From Azolla caroliniana (taxonomy: Eukaryota; Plantae; Polypodiophyta), in assembly GCA_043228905.1 (NCBI GenBank), contig JBHGNT010000949.1, forward strand, positions 1-13,484: 13,484 nt of DNA, read 5' to 3'. Below are positions 10,811 to 13,484 of this stretch, piece by piece; the stretch's first letter is position 1; each line of letters opens with the position of its first letter. The translations under genes were made by a program, and so were the position numbers. The notes beneath the pieces were generated by a model that saw nothing but the letters and a program-made list of their open reading frames with translations, ran no database searches and was not told the origin of the DNA.

Positions 10811-11293
10811 ACTCCCGTCTTAAAAAGCAAAATTCATAATCTTTCAAATTACGCCCTTAGTAAATTAGAAATCAAACTTTTAAACCTAGGACTTTTGTTT
10901 ATACCCCCCTGCCCCCCACCTACTAACCAATCCATTCTTCAAGAATACCAAAACCTCAGTAGATCCTTGAGACTTAAACATTTCTTTAAAGACTTAAACT
11001 CTCCCCCCTCTAATCCCTTCAAACTACCCAACCCGAATTGGAACCCTCCTACTAAGTATCCACCGTTAGAGTCTATACTCCATAAACACAATATCTCTCT
11101 CTCCACAAACCTCCATAATAATATACTGCCTAATACCAAAATACCACTACACCTCCAAATAGCACTAACCAGCCGTAGAAAAAACAAACAAATAATCATC
11201 CTACTAGCGGACAAAAACATCGGAGTTTGTGTCCTCGATAAAAAAACATACCTAGATGAAGCCCTAGAACATTTTTCCGACATCACTACATAT
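10811..11293 (+). pseudogene. N-terminal part of a PLE reverse transcriptase (through the DKG-type motif); RT core and GIY-YIG endonuclease absent
   Basis: Within ORF 10784..11407: IHNLSNYALSKLEIKLLNLGLLFIP, LSRSLRLKHFF, PFKLPNPNWNPP, ALTSRRKNKQIIILLADKNIGVCVLDKKTYLDEALEHFSDITTY. Matches the PLE pattern NLS..LS..E..LL..GL.F.P / R.LRLK.FF / AL..L....IVIKPADKG..VV.D...Y......LSD...Y. Homology ends at 11293; the rest of the ORF translates microsatellite. Confidence 0.85.
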
Positions 11294-11415
11294 GTATTTT
11301 ATATCTTCACTCATTTCTTTTCTCTCTCTCTCTCTCTCCCTTTTTTCTCCCTTCTCCCTTCCCCCTCCCCTATACCTCTCACTACCTTTTTGTACACATT
11401 TCACTAAAATCCATA

Positions 11416-11457
<42 letters not shown>

Positions 11458-11845
11458 CTCTTTTCCCTCAAACCTTCTCCCCACCACTCTTACTAACTTC
11501 CTTTTTCTTTCCCTTCTTATTCCCTTCCTTTATTTTCCCCTTCTCACCATCTTATGTTTACTTACTTATAATTACATACCCTATCACTCATTCATTTCCC
11601 CTTATCACCCACTCCCACTCCCACTCACTCATCTGTCTTATCACCCTATCAATCTTCCTATCACCAACTCATTTTCCCCTTTATCACCACCCCCCCTATC
11701 ATCAAGATCTTCCACCTTAAATCCTTACAGCCTTCTATCTATTTACACTCTTATTACACCCCACTCACTATGATTATACTTTCCCTCTTTCTCCTCCCTT
11801 CCCCATTCTCAACATCCTATATAAACCACCTTTTTTATTTACATG
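11294..11845 (+). repeat. Polypyrimidine / low-complexity tract including (TC)9 at 11321-11338 and (TC)18 at 11418-11453
   Basis: Read directly; the + strand has almost no G. Probably the PLE 3' UTR. Confidence 0.85.
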
Positions 11846-11898
11846 ACCTTTTGCACTGATGAGCTCTAAGCGAGCGAAACTAGTTTGTTGCATAAGGT
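11846..11898 (+). ncRNA. Minimal type I hammerhead ribozyme motif
   Basis: Core CTGATGA at 11856-11862; stem II GCTC/GAGC (11863-11866, 11872-11875) with loop TAAGC; GAAA at 11876-11879; palindromic stem III AC-TA-GT; triplet GTT at 11883-11885; outer helix ACCTTTTGCA (11846-11855) with TGCATAAGGT (11889-11898), 9/10 paired. Confidence 0.85.
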
Positions 11899-11929
11899 AT
11901 TTCCTTTCATTTTAATGAAAATTTCTTGA

Positions 11930-11932
<3 letters not shown>

Positions 11933-11990
<58 letters not shown>
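11933..11990. repeat. (TC)29 microsatellite
   Basis: Read directly from the sequence. Confidence 0.97.
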
Positions 11991-11993
<3 letters not shown>

Positions 11994-12088
11994 TTTGTGC
12001 TTAGAATCTCTTCTTTTCCTATTACATTATCTACCATATCACAAAGTCACCCGCACTCTTTGCTACAACCGAATGGTTAATAACAAAA

Positions 12089-12238
12089 GAGGTCAAAAAC
12101 CATAATGACTAAATGCATGGACTACTACACCTTTTGATGCCAATGATGTTAGTTTCACACTCCTTGTAAAGGTAAACGTTGTCAACACTCTAACAATATT
12201 TGATACATGAGTGGGACTATTATCAACTACACCTACTT
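12089..12238 (+). repeat. Direct repeat copy 2 (~150 bp) on the right flank of the Penelope-like insertion
   Basis: Aligns to 10663-10810 and runs on into the downstream retropepsin relic. Confidence 0.97.
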
Positions 12239-12401
12239 GCAAAAGTGGGTTAGTACTAATAATATGCCTCAATCAAAGGTGAATCTTACATTTGTCGTTA
12301 CTAGATCGGCCAACCTAGTGGGCCATGATTGCATGTTACGATGACCTTTCCTTCACGTAAATTGACTTGCCATTGACTTCAAGAACAACATCCTCTATAT
12401 A
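12151..12401 (+). pseudogene. Degenerate LTR-retrotransposon (Gypsy-type) aspartic protease (retropepsin)
   Basis: SFTLLVKVNVVNTLTIFDT*VG (DT* at 12202-12210, TGA one base from GGA, i.e. catalytic DTG). After one frameshift: TIINYTYLQKW...VNLTFVVTRSANLVGHDCMLR*PFLHVN*LAIDFKNNILYI, matching VxVNG..ALxDTGA..S.I and FxV....DxILGxPFL....IDF. Confidence 0.65.
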
Positions 12402-13484
12402 AGAATGGAGAGTAGCATTACCTAATGCAAGTTTACAATAAAAAAGTGCATGAACATGAAGGTAGCCAACTCATGGACGACAATTTGATGACCATAGATT
12501 TTGAGGATAGCTTACTCCAATGCCACCTAGATAATGATTGGAAGATTGATAGAGACGAGAATATAGGGCTCGAGCCACACAACTACTCATCCTTTGAGGT
12601 AAACCATGACTTGTAATGAAGTGGATGCTAATGTTAGCGATGGTTCATTGTGATTAACACACAATGTGGTCATGTTGGTAGAGTCATCCTAGACAGTGAC
12701 CCATGATACTATAAATATCATGACATGTAACACTGCAAATAACCAACACCTCTTATCTCTCATATGAAATCTATGGTAGAGATACAATGGCCTTAATTTA
12801 GTACTAAAGCCATTGTCACAACACTTTCATACAAACATTGGTTATGACTTCATTTGTTGACCCTTATGTAACTTTCAAGCCTCGATGACACGACCATCCA
12901 ATGTGTGGGGATCACTCTCATTGGATATTAAAACCCTTATTAGCAAGACACATGTTCAAGATTGGGTAATGCATGCAGGACAAGGTTGGTGCAACACGAA
13001 TGAATGTATTATTGTTACGAGTGCAAAACTAATGTACTTCACAACCTCTAGTGGTTTCAATATAGAACTCTTCATGTAGGTTGCGGCCTCAAGAAAGTTG
13101 CCTCATTCTGAAGATGCACTGAAGTTAGGCCTTGCCCCGGCCTTGCAACTTTCGGTTTCAACATTCCTACCTCAACAACCCCAAAAAAGAAATCACAACC
13201 CCTAGCAAGTGGGTTCCACCAATCATGCCTATAAATCTTAGTTTATCGAGTTTTAATCCCATTACATGGTGACGAATCTGACGATCCAAGCGTGGTCCCC
13301 CAAAGGATTCTTATCAAGCACGAGTGAACAAAAATGGCACCGTTGTTGGACTAGAGAAAGGAACCTCGGCCACGTGGCAAAAAAAAACTAACATCTACCT
13401 AAGGGTGGCATAAATGCAATGAGAAATTTTTCTTTCAAAACAAGTGCAAATCCCTGTCAAGCCAAAATCACCCAAACCAAATCT

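Larger units (their letters stand above)
10811..12088 (+). mobile_element. Non-autonomous, internally deleted Penelope-like element (PLE)
   Basis: G-poor insert between the direct repeats. It carries a PLE N-terminal RT coding remnant, a polypyrimidine tract and a minimal hammerhead motif, a combination characteristic of PLEs. Confidence 0.82.

Noticed and set aside
11292-11720. 142-aa Ser/Leu/Pro/Phe-rich ORF, and the overlapping tail of the 207-aa ORF
   Set aside because: Stop-free only because the strand is a pyrimidine tract.
12425-13079. Short ORFs at 12425..12616 and 12885..13079 as a continuation into Gypsy RT
   Set aside because: No RT motifs (SPxVxVxKKDG, DYRxLN, YxDD) could be found downstream of the protease relic.

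Overview
AT-rich eukaryotic intergenic DNA from a land plant (a PLS-type PPR relic is present; fern or lycophyte is my inference), made almost entirely of transposon layers of different ages. No intact host gene is seen. From left to right: a decayed Ty3/Gypsy pol on the minus strand (integrase ~1540-1950, RT-RNase H ~2560-2870) with a Mutator-like foldback element between the two parts (2311-2558); a PPR pseudogene fragment (~3212-3496); a possible solo LTR and microsatellites; and a young, 5'-truncated L1 LINE (~6123-10468) whose APE-RT-zinc-finger ORF2 is broken by one in-frame stop. The most interesting part is a ~1.28 kb internally deleted Penelope-like element (PLE, 10811-12088). It keeps only the N-terminal RT region, a polypyrimidine tract, a minimal type I hammerhead ribozyme (11846-11898) and a candidate intron. 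It is bracketed by a ~150 bp direct repeat that reads as part of an old Gypsy protease gene, so it looks like an unusually long target-site duplication rather than a pseudo-LTR. All protein calls come from manual translation and motif recognition, not database searches.
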